Shown: positions 16,530-26,049 of the stretch, piece by piece
How positions within the stretch are numbered: the stretch's first letter is position 1
How the letters are laid out: each line of letters opens with the position of its first letter
Origin: Thermoplasmata archaeon
GTDB lineage: Archaea; Thermoplasmatota; Thermoplasmata; Lutacidiplasmatales; UBA184
Direction: 5' to 3'
Assembly: GCA_022750125.1 (NCBI GenBank)
Contig: JAKIWH010000001.1
Location: forward strand, 1 to 57,176
DNA length: 57,176 nt
Program-made: the position numbers and the translations under genes
Notes under the pieces: model-generated
Database searches by the model: none
What the model saw: only the letters and a program-made list of their open reading frames with translations
What the model was told of the DNA's origin: nothing

Positions 16530-16984
16530 CCCGGGCTTCGCCGGACCCTCAGGGTTCGCCGAGTTCGCGAGCGGACTCCTCGGTCGCTGTTCCTGCGGTG
16601 CGTTCAACAGCGGACAGCACGAGGGCGTCGCGCGCGTCGTATCGAGCATCGGGCTTAAGGGGAGGATTCCCGGCTCGCCGCCGGCGGGGGAGGATCACGG
16701 AGTCCCGGAGACGTCGGGGGCGGGAGGAGCCCGGCGCTCCCCCTCCCGCACCGACGTACGTGTTGACCGAGCTCGCCCGCGGGTTCCTCCTGAACCAATC
16801 CGAGCCGGGGCGCGCGAGCCGTTTCGCCTCCCAGTTTCTTCAGGAGCAGACCGGTGGACCGCTCTCCCACGCGCCGCTCCACGAGCGACCGCTCGCAATC
16901 CGGCCGGCCCGCTTCGTGCCCCCGACCGGCGAGTCGGAGCGCTAGGCGACGACCTAGTCGCTCGGTCACGGGCGCCGAGCCGCG

Positions 16985-17971
16985 CTACCGGAGAAGCCCG
17001 AGCTTCGCCTTGACCTCGCGATACGCAGCGAAGTCGGCGGGAAACGTGGACCGGGTGAGACAGACCCGGACCCCGTTCGGGTCCCCGAAGAACCGCCCGG
17101 GACACACCAGCACTCCACGTCGGAGCGCAGCGCGGGCGAGCCGGTCGCCGCCGAGGGTGCCGACGTTCCGGTCGAACCAGACCGGTGCGGCGATCGTCGC
17201 GGCGCTCGGTTCGACCTCCACGAGCGCGCGACGATTCCGAACGAACCGTTCGCGTACCTCTCGGAGGATGCGGGGCCGATGCCGATCCAACGCGAGCGCA
17301 CCGGAGATGGAGGGCGGCGGGATCCCGTCGAGGAGCCAGCTCACGCTGCGAAACGACTCGACCTGCCCCTCGGGGGCAATGGCGTATCCCACCCGCAGGT
17401 CGTCCGCGCCGAACGCCTTCGTGAACGTTCCCGTGAGCCACAGCTCCGCACTTCCCCCATCGTGCAGGGGTGGCGCGGAGGTGAACTCACGGAACGTCTC
17501 GTCGACGAGGAGCTCTCGGCTCCTCTCCGCCAACGCCCGGACGGACTCCGACGGGAGAAGCATTCCCTCCGGGTTCGAAGGATTGGAAAGGAGCGTGAGT
17601 TCGACCTCGCCCACCTCAGAGATCGTGCGGAAGCCAGCGAATCGAGCCGTATCAAGGAGAGGCGGATACTCCGGCAGCCGGACGCGGACTCTCGGGCGTC
17701 CCCCCGCACGTCCGGCATGGCGCCGCGCGAGATGGAGCAGGACGAGCGTGTTCGCCTCCGTCGCACCGTGCGTGAGGAACACCCGCTCTGGCACGACTCC
17801 GTGCCGACGGGCGATGCGCCGTGCAAGTTCTTCCGGGTCGGGCAGCGGCGGTCGCCGCAGCGGCGCCCGCACGCTCCGGATCTCGCCCCGCATGCCGCTC
17901 TGGGCGAGGTCGTGCGGGAGACCGGCGTTGCGACGGATGTACTCCCCGAGAGGAAAGCGCGGGTGGGTCAT
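16985..17971 (-). CDS. Class I/II PLP aminotransferase (HisC/CobD-like)
   Basis: ATG at 17971 (MTHPRFPLGEY...). THGATEANTL, LLSNPSNPEG, and TGTFTKAFGADDLRVGYAIAP (the SxSK-type PLP-lysine motif). Confidence 0.8.
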   Translation of the reverse strand: MTHPRFPLGEYIRRNAGLPHDLAQSGMRGEIRSVRAPLRRPPLPDPEELARRIARRHGVVPERVFLTHGATEANTLVLLHLARRHAGRAGGRPRVRVRLPEYPPLLDTARFAGFRTISEVGEVELTLLSNPSNPEGMLLPSESVRALAERSRELLVDETFREFTSAPPLHDGGSAELWLTGTFTKAFGADDLRVGYAIAPEGQVESFRSVSWLLDGIPPPSISGALALDRHRPRILREVRERFVRNRRALVEVEPSAATIAAPVWFDRNVGTLGGDRLARAALRRGVLVCPGRFFGDPNGVRVCLTRSTFPADFAAYREVKAKLGLLR

Positions 17972-17985
17972 CTCGGAGCGCACGG

Positions 17986-18918
17986 TCAGGTGGGTCGCTG
18001 GCCGTCCGGTCGCATGAGCTTCAGGTAGGCGTCCTCGAGGCTCAACGTCGAGGAGGCGAACGAGCGGATCGCGCCGACCTGCTGGCACGCCACGAGGAGC
18101 TTCGTGCGCGCTTCGTCCGACCCATCGAAGGTGAGGCGGTAGCGGCTCGGGCCGACGGCCTCCAGCTTGGACGCGAGACCCGCGAGGGAGGCGAGCCGGT
18201 CCGCCGAGGGTGCTGCGACGAATTCGACATCGATCTGAGTCTCCTTGAACCGGCCCGCGAGCCCCGCGACCGTGTCCTGGGCGACGATCCTCCCCTCGTT
18301 CACGAAGATGACTCGGTCGCAGATCTCGGTCACCTCGGGGAGGAGGTGGCTCGACATCAGGATGAGTCGTTCGCGCTTCAGCTCGACGAGCAGGTTCCGG
18401 ATGATGACCCGCTCGGCGGGATCGAGCCCGCTCGTGGGCTCGTCGAGGAGGATGATCGCCGGCTCGGAGATCAGGGCGGAGGCGAGGACGATCCTCTGCC
18501 GCTGCCCTTTCGAGAGCTTGCCGGTCCGCCGCTCGAGGGGCGGAAGCTCGAGGAGCTTCGCGTACCGCTCGATCTGGTCGTGCAACCGCTCGGAGGAGAG
18601 TCCACGGAACTCCCCCACCATCTCTAGCGCCTCCCGACCGGTCTGCTGCGGGTACGGGTCCGGGGATTCGATGACAGCCCCGACATCCCACAGCGCCGCC
18701 TTGGGTCGCGACGTAACGTCGGTGCCGTTGATCCGAGCGTGGCCGGTCGTCGGACGGAGGAGCCGGGTGAGGAGCTTGAGCGTCGTGGTCTTCCCCGCGC
18801 CGTTCGGGCCGAGGTAGCCGATCGCCCCCACCCCGTCGAACCGGAACGTCGCGCCCGTGAGGGCCGCTGTGCTGCCGAACTTCTTGCCGAGCTGCTCGGC
18901 CTCAATCGAGAGCGGCAC
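17986..18918 (-). CDS. ABC transporter ATP-binding protein (ABC-2 type)
   Basis: Walker A GPNGAGKTTT, signature LSKGQRQR, Walker B ILLDEPTSGLD. Confidence 0.92.
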   Translation of the reverse strand: MPLSIEAEQLGKKFGSTAALTGATFRFDGVGAIGYLGPNGAGKTTTLKLLTRLLRPTTGHARINGTDVTSRPKAALWDVGAVIESPDPYPQQTGREALEMVGEFRGLSSERLHDQIERYAKLLELPPLERRTGKLSKGQRQRIVLASALISEPAIILLDEPTSGLDPAERVIIRNLLVELKRERLILMSSHLLPEVTEICDRVIFVNEGRIVAQDTVAGLAGRFKETQIDVEFVAAPSADRLASLAGLASKLEAVGPSRYRLTFDGSDEARTKLLVACQQVGAIRSFASSTLSLEDAYLKLMRPDGQRPT

Positions 18919-18921
18919 GGT

Positions 18922-19749
18922 TCACCCCGTCGACTCCTTGAACTCGTAGATCACGTAGCTCAGCAGCAGACAGACGACGAGATAGGCCGCCATGATGACG
19001 AGCCCCTCCCAGAGGTACGGCTGGTACGCCGCGAGGGGACCCTCCAGGCGGTGGGGAAGGGAGACGATCGGCTCGGTGATGGCGACTTCCGCGTAGTTCA
19101 GGGCGAACCACGGTTCGATGTTGGCGATGGCCGAGACCACGCCGGTAATGATCGGGAGGATGACGAAGAACATCAGCACCGTGAGGAGGATGCTCAGCGC
19201 CGGGGTCTTGACGAGCGAGCTGAAGAAGAAGGCAAGCGCGACCGCCGCGGCGCTGAAGAGGAGCGCCACGAGCATCGACTCGATGACCGGCCCGACCGGA
19301 AGTCCGCCCGTGAAGTAGAGGTCCATCGCGATCGCGAAGATGTAGTAGAGGAGCGCGATGAGGAACGTTGTCAGCACGGCCGCGATGTACCGGCCGAGCA
19401 GCAAGATGCGCCGGCGGATCGGCAGGACGAGCGTGTAGTAGCCGGTCCGTGCTCCAAAGTCGGTCGAGATCGCGTCGCCGCCGAGGAGCGCCGCGCTGAA
19501 GTAGACTATCGTCGCAAGAAATCCGAGGACGCCCGGTCCCCCCGGCCCAGCAAGGAACGCCGAGGAGTCCGAAGTGAGCCGGATCGTCCCGTTGCCCTGG
19601 AGGTAGGCGAAGACGCTGAAGACGATCGTGCCGAGCGCGAGGACGATCCCCACCATCGCGAAGAAGCGGTACGTCCGGAGGTACGACTGGAGCTGGTAGC
19701 GCACCGCGACGAGGAGCTGGCGCTCGTCGGGAAGGACCGCTTCGGTCAT
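18922..19749 (-). CDS. ABC-2 type transporter permease
   Basis: Six hydrophobic helices. Lies 3 nt upstream of the ATPase gene on the same strand. Confidence 0.8.
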   Translation of the reverse strand: MTEAVLPDERQLLVAVRYQLQSYLRTYRFFAMVGIVLALGTIVFSVFAYLQGNGTIRLTSDSSAFLAGPGGPGVLGFLATIVYFSAALLGGDAISTDFGARTGYYTLVLPIRRRILLLGRYIAAVLTTFLIALLYYIFAIAMDLYFTGGLPVGPVIESMLVALLFSAAAVALAFFFSSLVKTPALSILLTVLMFFVILPIITGVVSAIANIEPWFALNYAEVAITEPIVSLPHRLEGPLAAYQPYLWEGLVIMAAYLVVCLLLSYVIYEFKESTG

Positions 19750-19804
19750 GGCGCGTTCCGCGGGGGACCCGGCGCGGCCTATTTAGCGCCGGCCCAAACT
19801 TCGG

Positions 19805-20776
19805 CTATCGGGGGCCGCGCGGACCGGCACCACGACCGCTTCCGGGGGGCCGCTCATACTCCTCGGGTACCGTGAGCGTAAGGACCCAGTTTGGTTCGTC
19901 CACCGCCTCGGCGATCCGGACCACGCCCGCAAGGCTCGTGATCGCGTACGCAGCCTCGGGGCTCCAACCGTTCCCTGCGAGCCGGTCGATCATCTGCTCG
20001 AGCGCGTGGCGCGCGGCCTCCCGAGGGTCCGGCCCGATCCCCAGCGTCGATATCGACGCGGCCTCGGGTTCCCGCGCCGCGGGCGAGCGGACCTGGGGAG
20101 CACGGACCGGGCGGCGCTTTCGAAGCATGAGACGGAGCCGGACTCGTGCCGGCATCTCGATCCCCGTCCCGCAAAGCTCGCCCCAGCCTTGCCGGCCGTG
20201 CGGGTCCCCTACGGAGAGCCCAGCCCCCGGGACTTCGACCGGTAGGTCAACGCGCGCGCCCTGCGAGAGGAGGGGGAGGTCCAGGTTTCCCCCGAACCGC
20301 TCGGGAGGAACCATCGGATGCTCCCCCTCCGAGGGGAGGACGCCGAGCACCCCGAGCATCGGTCGCAGCGGGAGCTGGACGCCGTCGAGAAATCCCGGAC
20401 GGGCGACCGCCACCCCACCCCGAAGTCGCCAGGTGGAGAGCGTATCCTCGAACCGCATGCGGAGGAGTCCGAACTTCTCGAACACCGCCGTCCAGCCCCA
20501 CGTTCCGGCCTCGATGGAGAGGATCTCCACGCGGAGAGCGTCTCCCGGCTCCGCCCCTCGAACGCCGATGGGACCGACCGCGGCATCGACCCGCTCCCAG
20601 TCCATACGGGCGAGGTCGGCGGAGGTGGACTTCGGAGTGAGCTGCCCCGTGGAGGAGTCGGGCACGAGGACCTCCACGATCTCCCCCGCGTCGACCTCGA
20701 GAATCGCCGGAGTGTTGGGACGCCAGCGGAGCTGCTGGTTCTCGGGAACGCGCCCGTCGAGACGGTGGAGTTTCAT
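19805..20776 (-). CDS. Acetamidase/formamidase-family amidohydrolase
   Basis: The N-terminal region ...PAILEVDAGEIVEVLVPDSS...VGPIGVRGAEPGDALRVEILSIEAGTWGWTA matches the FmdA/AmdA family pattern. Confidence 0.82.
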   Translation of the reverse strand: MKLHRLDGRVPENQQLRWRPNTPAILEVDAGEIVEVLVPDSSTGQLTPKSTSADLARMDWERVDAAVGPIGVRGAEPGDALRVEILSIEAGTWGWTAVFEKFGLLRMRFEDTLSTWRLRGGVAVARPGFLDGVQLPLRPMLGVLGVLPSEGEHPMVPPERFGGNLDLPLLSQGARVDLPVEVPGAGLSVGDPHGRQGWGELCGTGIEMPARVRLRLMLRKRRPVRAPQVRSPAAREPEAASISTLGIGPDPREAARHALEQMIDRLAGNGWSPEAAYAITSLAGVVRIAEAVDEPNWVLTLTVPEEYERPPGSGRGAGPRGPR

Positions 20777-20803
20777 CGCGAGGGGCAGGCGCGCCGCGGC
20801 TTA

Positions 20804-20817
20804 ACGCGAATTCGCGT
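20804..20817. repeat. Perfect 14-bp palindrome ACGCGAATTCGCGT (candidate operator)
   Basis: Self-complementary by inspection. Overlaps a TATA-like CTTAAC about 28 nt upstream of the formamidase start, in the divergent intergenic region shared with the HNH gene. Confidence 0.4.
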
Positions 20818-20864
20818 CCCGTCCAAGGGAAGGTTCTTCCCCCACACCGACCCGGCACGATCGC

Positions 20865-21335
20865 ATGCGGGCGGGACCTGCGATGCGCCGGCGCAGCGAG
20901 CTCACCCGGGACTCCATCGCCTGGTTCGGAAGGGGCGCTGCGCTCCGCGTGGCCGCGCGACGGTCCGCGAGTTGCGTCGAGTGCGGGGTCGCCTTGCGCA
21001 CCCGACGCACCCCGTACTGCAGCCGCGGGTGTCGTTGGCGCTTTCACGGCCGCTTCTTCTGGGACGCCGCCCGTCGGGTCGTCCTTCGGCGCGACCGGTA
21101 CACGTGCCAGGCCTGCGGCATCCGAGGGCGGAAGAGCGCCCTCGACGTCGACCACATCCACGAGATCGCGCTCGGGGGAGCGCCGCTCGATTACAACAAC
21201 CTCCAGACCCTGTGCCGCCCTTGCCACCGCGCCAAGACCTCACGGTTCCTGCGCGAACGGCGCGGAGTTCGGGTGGGAGGACCCCCGGCAGCCCCGGACT
21301 CACCCATCGAGAGCCCCGAGTGGTTCCCCGCGTGA
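20865..21335 (+). CDS. Stand-alone HNH endonuclease-domain protein
   Basis: CVECG...YCSRGC zinc-ribbon-like pair, then CQACG...LDVDHIHEIALGG...NLQTLCRPCHRAKT (the HNH motif). Confidence 0.8.
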   Translation: MRAGPAMRRRSELTRDSIAWFGRGAALRVAARRSASCVECGVALRTRRTPYCSRGCRWRFHGRFFWDAARRVVLRRDRYTCQACGIRGRKSALDVDHIHEIALGGAPLDYNNLQTLCRPCHRAKTSRFLRERRGVRVGGPPAAPDSPIESPEWFPA

Positions 21336-21427
21336 GCAGGGACGGGTCCCGCTCTTGGAGTTAGTTTACTCAACACCAGCCCACCGTTATCCGACGACTG
21401 GGCCTCATCGGGCGGGGTAATCGAACA

Positions 21428-22339
21428 ATGTTCCGCGCTGTCGAAGAGGTCCTAGAGGCTCAGCCCACGATCGAGGGGGCCGGCGTGCACCTACGTCGCG
21501 CCTTCGGCCACCGGGAGGTCCCGCGCCTCGACCCGTTCCTGCTGCTCGATGATTTCCGCTCCGAGAACCCAGCCGAGTACGTCGCGGGATTCCCGTGGCA
21601 CCCTCACCGCGGGATCGAGACCGTCACGTACATGCTCGACGGTCGAGTCGACCACGAGGACAGCCTCGGGAACAAAGGCTCGATCGGACCCGGGGACGTC
21701 CAGTGGATGACCTCCGGGAGCGGGATCATCCACCAGGAGATGCCCAAGATGGGGGACTCCAAGATGGGAGGCTTCCAGCTCTGGGTGAACCTGCCCCAGG
21801 CCCGCAAGATGAGCGACCCGGGCTACCAAGAGGTCGCCGATCGTCGGATTCCCGAGGCAACCCCCGCCCGAGGAGTCCGGGCCCGCGTGATCGCGGGGGA
21901 GCTTGCGGGGGTCCAAGGACCGGTCCGGGAGATCTCCGTCCAACCGCAGTTCCTCGACGTGCGGCTCGAACCTCGGGCGGAGTACACGCATCCGACCGTT
22001 CCCGGACACACCGTCTTCTCCTACCTGCTCGAGGGGTCCGCCACGTTTGACGAGCAGGCCGCCGACCGGGTCGACAACGGAAACCTCGTCCTGTTCGGCG
22101 ACGGAGCGTCGGTGCGGCTGCGCGCGGGTGAGCGCGGCGCCCGCATGCTCCTCATCTCGGGCCGGCCGCTCAAGGAACCGGTCGCCTGGTGGGGGCCTAT
22201 CGTGATGACGAACCGCAAGGAGCTCGAGACCGCGGTGGAGGAGTTCCAGAACGGGACCTTCCTGCGGCACGGAAACCCGCGGAAGCCTGCCCCACCCTCA
22301 GCGGCCGACGCAGAGCGTGCGGCGCACTCTTACAAGTAG
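21428..22339 (+). CDS. Pirin-family protein
   Basis: FPWHPHRGIETVTYMLDGRVDHEDSLGN...GDVQWMTSGSGIIHQEMP is the bicupin pirin signature. Confidence 0.92.
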   Translation: MFRAVEEVLEAQPTIEGAGVHLRRAFGHREVPRLDPFLLLDDFRSENPAEYVAGFPWHPHRGIETVTYMLDGRVDHEDSLGNKGSIGPGDVQWMTSGSGIIHQEMPKMGDSKMGGFQLWVNLPQARKMSDPGYQEVADRRIPEATPARGVRARVIAGELAGVQGPVREISVQPQFLDVRLEPRAEYTHPTVPGHTVFSYLLEGSATFDEQAADRVDNGNLVLFGDGASVRLRAGERGARMLLISGRPLKEPVAWWGPIVMTNRKELETAVEEFQNGTFLRHGNPRKPAPPSAADAERAAHSYK

Positions 22340-22362
22340 GCGGAAGGGGGCCGCGAGCGCGG

Positions 22363-23184
22363 CTACTTGCTCGCCTTGGCGGGGGGCGGGTCCGCGGGCT
22401 TGGGGGGAGCCGGCGCAGCCTCCGGCTTCGCCTCCGGCTTGGGTCGCGGAAGCTGGAACTGCTGGATCGTGTCCCCCACCCGCTTCGCCACCTCGGCCGA
22501 GAGGGCCTCCCGCTCCTCGGGGCGCCGGATCATGATCGTGAGAGTGAGCTCCGTCCCTTGCGCCGTCCGCGACTTGAGCGCGAGCACCGGCGGATAGCGC
22601 CGGTCGAGCCTCAGCCGGAGCTTGCTCAACCGCTTCAGGAGCTCGCTCTCGAAGAGCGGAAGGTCGACCCCGCTCCCAAGGGTGAACGGCACGGTGAGCT
22701 CCTTCCAGGCCTGGGGGGAGGTGTTGACGAGCACCTCGGTCATGAAGATCGAGTTCGGGATCGAGACGAGCTGGTCGTCGCCGGTGATGAGCACCGTGCT
22801 CGTCGCGTTGATCTCGATCACCTTTCCCGAGAACTCCCGGACCCGGATCGAGTCCCCCACCTTGTACGGGGAGTAGATGTCGGTGAAGTACTTCGCCCCG
22901 AAATTCTCGAGCTGCTCGCGGAGGGCGATGAGCACCGCCACCCCGGCGAGCGCGATGACGAGGATCAACACGTCGGAGTTGATCCCCAGCTCCTGGATCG
23001 CGAAGATTCCCCCGATGAGCCACACGAGGATGGCGCCGAGCCGTCGGGCCCCCGCCGCCACCTGCGGTGCGCTCTGGCGCATCCCACGGCCGATGACGAA
23101 GGAGGCAAGTCCCGCCACAAGGGCGGTGATGGCGACGATGAGCGCCGCGTAGAGTTCGGGGAGGAACTGGACAAGGGGATTCAT
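22363..23184 (-). CDS. Small-conductance mechanosensitive channel (MscS family)
   Basis: N-terminal TM helices, then GDSIRVREFSGKVIEINATSTVLITGDDQLVSIPNSIFMTEVLVNTS (the MscS beta-domain pattern). Confidence 0.85.
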   Translation of the reverse strand: MNPLVQFLPELYAALIVAITALVAGLASFVIGRGMRQSAPQVAAGARRLGAILVWLIGGIFAIQELGINSDVLILVIALAGVAVLIALREQLENFGAKYFTDIYSPYKVGDSIRVREFSGKVIEINATSTVLITGDDQLVSIPNSIFMTEVLVNTSPQAWKELTVPFTLGSGVDLPLFESELLKRLSKLRLRLDRRYPPVLALKSRTAQGTELTLTIMIRRPEEREALSAEVAKRVGDTIQQFQLPRPKPEAKPEAAPAPPKPADPPPAKASK

Positions 23185-23187
23185 GGA

Positions 23188-24639
23188 CTACGCTCCCACG
23201 ACCTCGGCAAGAAGGCGGGCCTCCGCCTCGGACGCGGCCTCGATCGAACATTGCCGGGCGGTCGTGAAGCCTTGGCGACCCAAGCGGCGGCGAAGCGCTT
23301 CATCCCCCAACAACTTCGACATCTTCACCACGAGCTCGTCGGGCTCGTCCGGGTCGAACAGTACCCCATTGCTCCCCTCCTTGATGAGTTCCGCTACCCC
23401 GGCCCGTTTGGTCACCACGATGGGCCGGTGGTGGAGCCACCCCTCCACGGCCACAAGTCCGAATCCTTCCCTCAGCGACGGGAGGAGGGCGACCGAGCAC
23501 CGTTCGTAAAAGCAGTCGAGCTCCCGCTGGGGTAGGTGACCCGTGAACACCACGCGGGAGCGGAGCCCGAGCTCGTCGACGAGTCGCTCGAGGTGTTCTC
23601 TCCACGCCGAGGACTTCGATAGCCCGAGTCCCTTGCCGGAGCCCGAGAAACTTCCGTTCCCGACGAGCGCGAGCTTGAGCCGCGGCTCCTCCCGAACGAG
23701 CCTCGGGAGAGCCCGGAGGACCCGGTCCTGCCCCTTCATCGGGTCCATGCGCCCGACGACGAGCAACAGCACATCCCCCGGCTCCACCTGGTAGCGCGCG
23801 CACACCCGCGCCATCTCCTCTTCGGTCGGAGTCGTGTAGTCGCTAGGATCCACGTACGGGTAGATGCGGCGGGCCGCCCCCGAATGCCCGAACGACTGGA
23901 GCGCCGCCAGGTACCGGTCGGTGCTCACCACGACCATGTCGTAGCTGTTGAAGTAGGAGGAGAGGGCCGGCTTCCATGCCTCCGGGATCTTCTCCTCTTC
24001 GAACGGGATGTGCCAGCGGAACACCTTCGGCTTGAGCGTGTTCAGCATCTGCCCGACGGGCAACTGCTGGAAATCGTGGATGTAGAACAGGTCGAAATCC
24101 TGCTCCTGGTCGAGCGCACGCATCCGCTCCGCGGTGATCCGATTGTAGTACGCGTAGTCGGTGAAATCGACGCTCCAGAACAGCTCCTCGTCGAGGTCGG
24201 TGTCGGGCAGGCCATGGACCGTCCCCCAGATCGCCTCCTTCGTCCTGGCGTAGCTCGCAAGGCGGGCCGGGTCGAGCGCGAGGTTGTGGAGCGTGACCCC
24301 CTCGAACGTGAGTGTCGCCGGAGCGGTCGGATTGAGAGAGATCCAGTGCGCCTCCCCCAGCACCCCCGAACGGAGAAGCCGCTTCACGAGCGGGAAGACC
24401 ATGCGTGTCACCCCTCCGGGAGAAAACCGGTAGTCGACGCCTTCCGCCAGCGCGGAGAGTCCCGACTCCGCATCGAGGGGGGGCATGAGCTCGAGCTTCT
24501 GGGGGGAGATGAGAAACAGAACGGGCGGCGTCTGTGTGTTGATGCACACTCCGAGCCCCGTCGCCTTCGCTACGCGCCGGGAGGCTCCGCGTGGGACGGG
24601 TGCGTGTGCAGGCCGACGGGCGGCGCTCGACTGCGACAT
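23188..24639 (-). CDS. GT4-family glycosyltransferase, TreT (trehalose glycosyltransferring synthase)-like
   Basis: FYIHDFQQLPVG...FRWHIPF...YDMVVVST in the N-domain. GT4 C-domain VGRMDPMKGQD...LPSLREGFGLVAVEGW...GVAELI. Stop lies 3 nt from the MscS start. The N-terminal start is uncertain. Confidence 0.8.
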   Translation of the reverse strand: MSQSSAARRPAHAPVPRGASRRVAKATGLGVCINTQTPPVLFLISPQKLELMPPLDAESGLSALAEGVDYRFSPGGVTRMVFPLVKRLLRSGVLGEAHWISLNPTAPATLTFEGVTLHNLALDPARLASYARTKEAIWGTVHGLPDTDLDEELFWSVDFTDYAYYNRITAERMRALDQEQDFDLFYIHDFQQLPVGQMLNTLKPKVFRWHIPFEEEKIPEAWKPALSSYFNSYDMVVVSTDRYLAALQSFGHSGAARRIYPYVDPSDYTTPTEEEMARVCARYQVEPGDVLLLVVGRMDPMKGQDRVLRALPRLVREEPRLKLALVGNGSFSGSGKGLGLSKSSAWREHLERLVDELGLRSRVVFTGHLPQRELDCFYERCSVALLPSLREGFGLVAVEGWLHHRPIVVTKRAGVAELIKEGSNGVLFDPDEPDELVVKMSKLLGDEALRRRLGRQGFTTARQCSIEAASEAEARLLAEVVGA

Positions 24640-24804
24640 CTCCGTCGACCAACCCCCGCTACTGGCGTGAGTAGAACTGGGTATCGGTCTCTTGGCGCGG
24701 AGCTTACGTCCCGCGACCCGCCCGGGGGGAGAGGAAGGTCAGAGAGCGGAATCCGAGAGAGTCGAGCGGAGTGAAACCCGTGCGCGTGCCGACCTTCGGG
24801 CGAG

Positions 24805-24814
24805 TTACAAATAG
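24805..24814 (+). promoter_or_regulatory. TATA-like box TTACAAATAG
   Basis: About 30 nt upstream of the ATG at 24839. This argues the true start of the Mo-enzyme gene is 24839, not the GTG at 24815. Confidence 0.45.
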
Positions 24815-24838
24815 GTGGACTCCCCACGACCCGGCGTC

Positions 24839-25969
24839 ATGGCCGAAGCGCCGGCTCGAGGCAGGTCCACCCTCACCGATCGATCGTCGGTCGGGGGAGA
24901 GATCTCCGAGCTGCTCGAGGTCGTGAACCGAGAGCCCGCTTGCGCCGAGGCGCCCCCCGCCCTCCTCGATTCCGCGATCACTCCCAACGACCGCTTCTTC
25001 GTGCGCAACCACTTCCCGGTTCCGACGATCGACCTGCAGAAGTGGAAGCTCGAAGTAGGTGGAGCCGTTGCCCGGCCTTTCGAGCTCACGTACGAGGAAC
25101 TCACGGGTCGCCCGCCACGGACCCTGAGAGCGCTGCTCGAATGCGCCGGTAACAGCCGTCGAGCCATGTACCCGCCCGCCGAGGGGGTGCCGTGGAAGCA
25201 CGGCGCGCTCGGGGCTGCGGAGTGGCAGGGGGTCCCGCTCTCCGCGCTGTTGAGCGAAGCAGGGGTTCTCGATAGCGCGCAGGAGGTCGTGCTCACCGGC
25301 GCGGACCGCGGCACCGAGCCCGGGGTCCCCGGCGAGATCGCCTTCGAGATGAGCCTCCCCCTCGCCAAGGCGCAGGAGCCGGACACCCTCGTGGCGCTCC
25401 GTATGAACGGCGAGCCGCTCTCCGCGATCCACGGCGCGCCGGCGCGGGCCATAGTACCCGGCTGGTACGGGATGGCGTCGGTGAAGTGGCTCACCCGGGT
25501 GACCGTGAGCAACGAGCCGTTCGGCGGATTCTTCCGGACTCAATCCTACGTGATGATCCCCGAAGGCCCGGACACGGGCACTCCTGTCCTTCCCGTGACC
25601 ACGCTTCGGGTGAAGTCGATGATCACGTGGCCCGGGGAAGGGGTCACCCTTGCGCCGGGGAGCTACGCCGTCCGGGGGGCGGCTTGGTCCGGCGAGAGTG
25701 CGATCGCTCGCGTCGAGCTCACCGCGTCTTCTTCAAAGACGAACGGCGCGGTGGAGCGCTGGCTCCTCGCACGGCTTCTCGACGAGCCTTCGACCCACAA
25801 CTGGAGCCGATGGGAGTGTCCGATCGACCTGAGCGAGGAGGGTCACTTCGTGCTCCGGGTCCGAGCGACCGACCAAGCCGGGAACACCCAGCCGGCGCAC
25901 GCTCCGTGGAACTACCGCGGCATGTCGACCAATTCCATCCACGCGGTCCGGGTGACGGTTCGACGGTAG
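24839..25969 (+). CDS. Sulfite-oxidase-family molybdopterin oxidoreductase
   Basis: FFVRNHFPVP...LLECAGNSR (Mo-co binding Cys motif)...PGWYGMASVKWL, plus a C-terminal Ig-like dimerisation domain. Confidence 0.87.
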   Translation: MAEAPARGRSTLTDRSSVGGEISELLEVVNREPACAEAPPALLDSAITPNDRFFVRNHFPVPTIDLQKWKLEVGGAVARPFELTYEELTGRPPRTLRALLECAGNSRRAMYPPAEGVPWKHGALGAAEWQGVPLSALLSEAGVLDSAQEVVLTGADRGTEPGVPGEIAFEMSLPLAKAQEPDTLVALRMNGEPLSAIHGAPARAIVPGWYGMASVKWLTRVTVSNEPFGGFFRTQSYVMIPEGPDTGTPVLPVTTLRVKSMITWPGEGVTLAPGSYAVRGAAWSGESAIARVELTASSSKTNGAVERWLLARLLDEPSTHNWSRWECPIDLSEEGHFVLRVRATDQAGNTQPAHAPWNYRGMSTNSIHAVRVTVRR

Positions 25970-26049
25970 GGAGCGGGACTTCGGCGGGCGTCCCGCCGCC
26001 GCCCCGCCGCAGCCGATAAGCGGACGCGTGTCCGAGGGGGAACGATTGG

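Noticed and set aside
16655-16969. 104-aa - strand ORF in the 456-nt gap between 16529 and 16985
   Set aside because: There is no recognisable motif. It is Arg/Gly/Pro-rich, and its third-position G/C bias is only moderate. I cannot support it as a gene. The gap may still hold a small gene or regulatory RNA.
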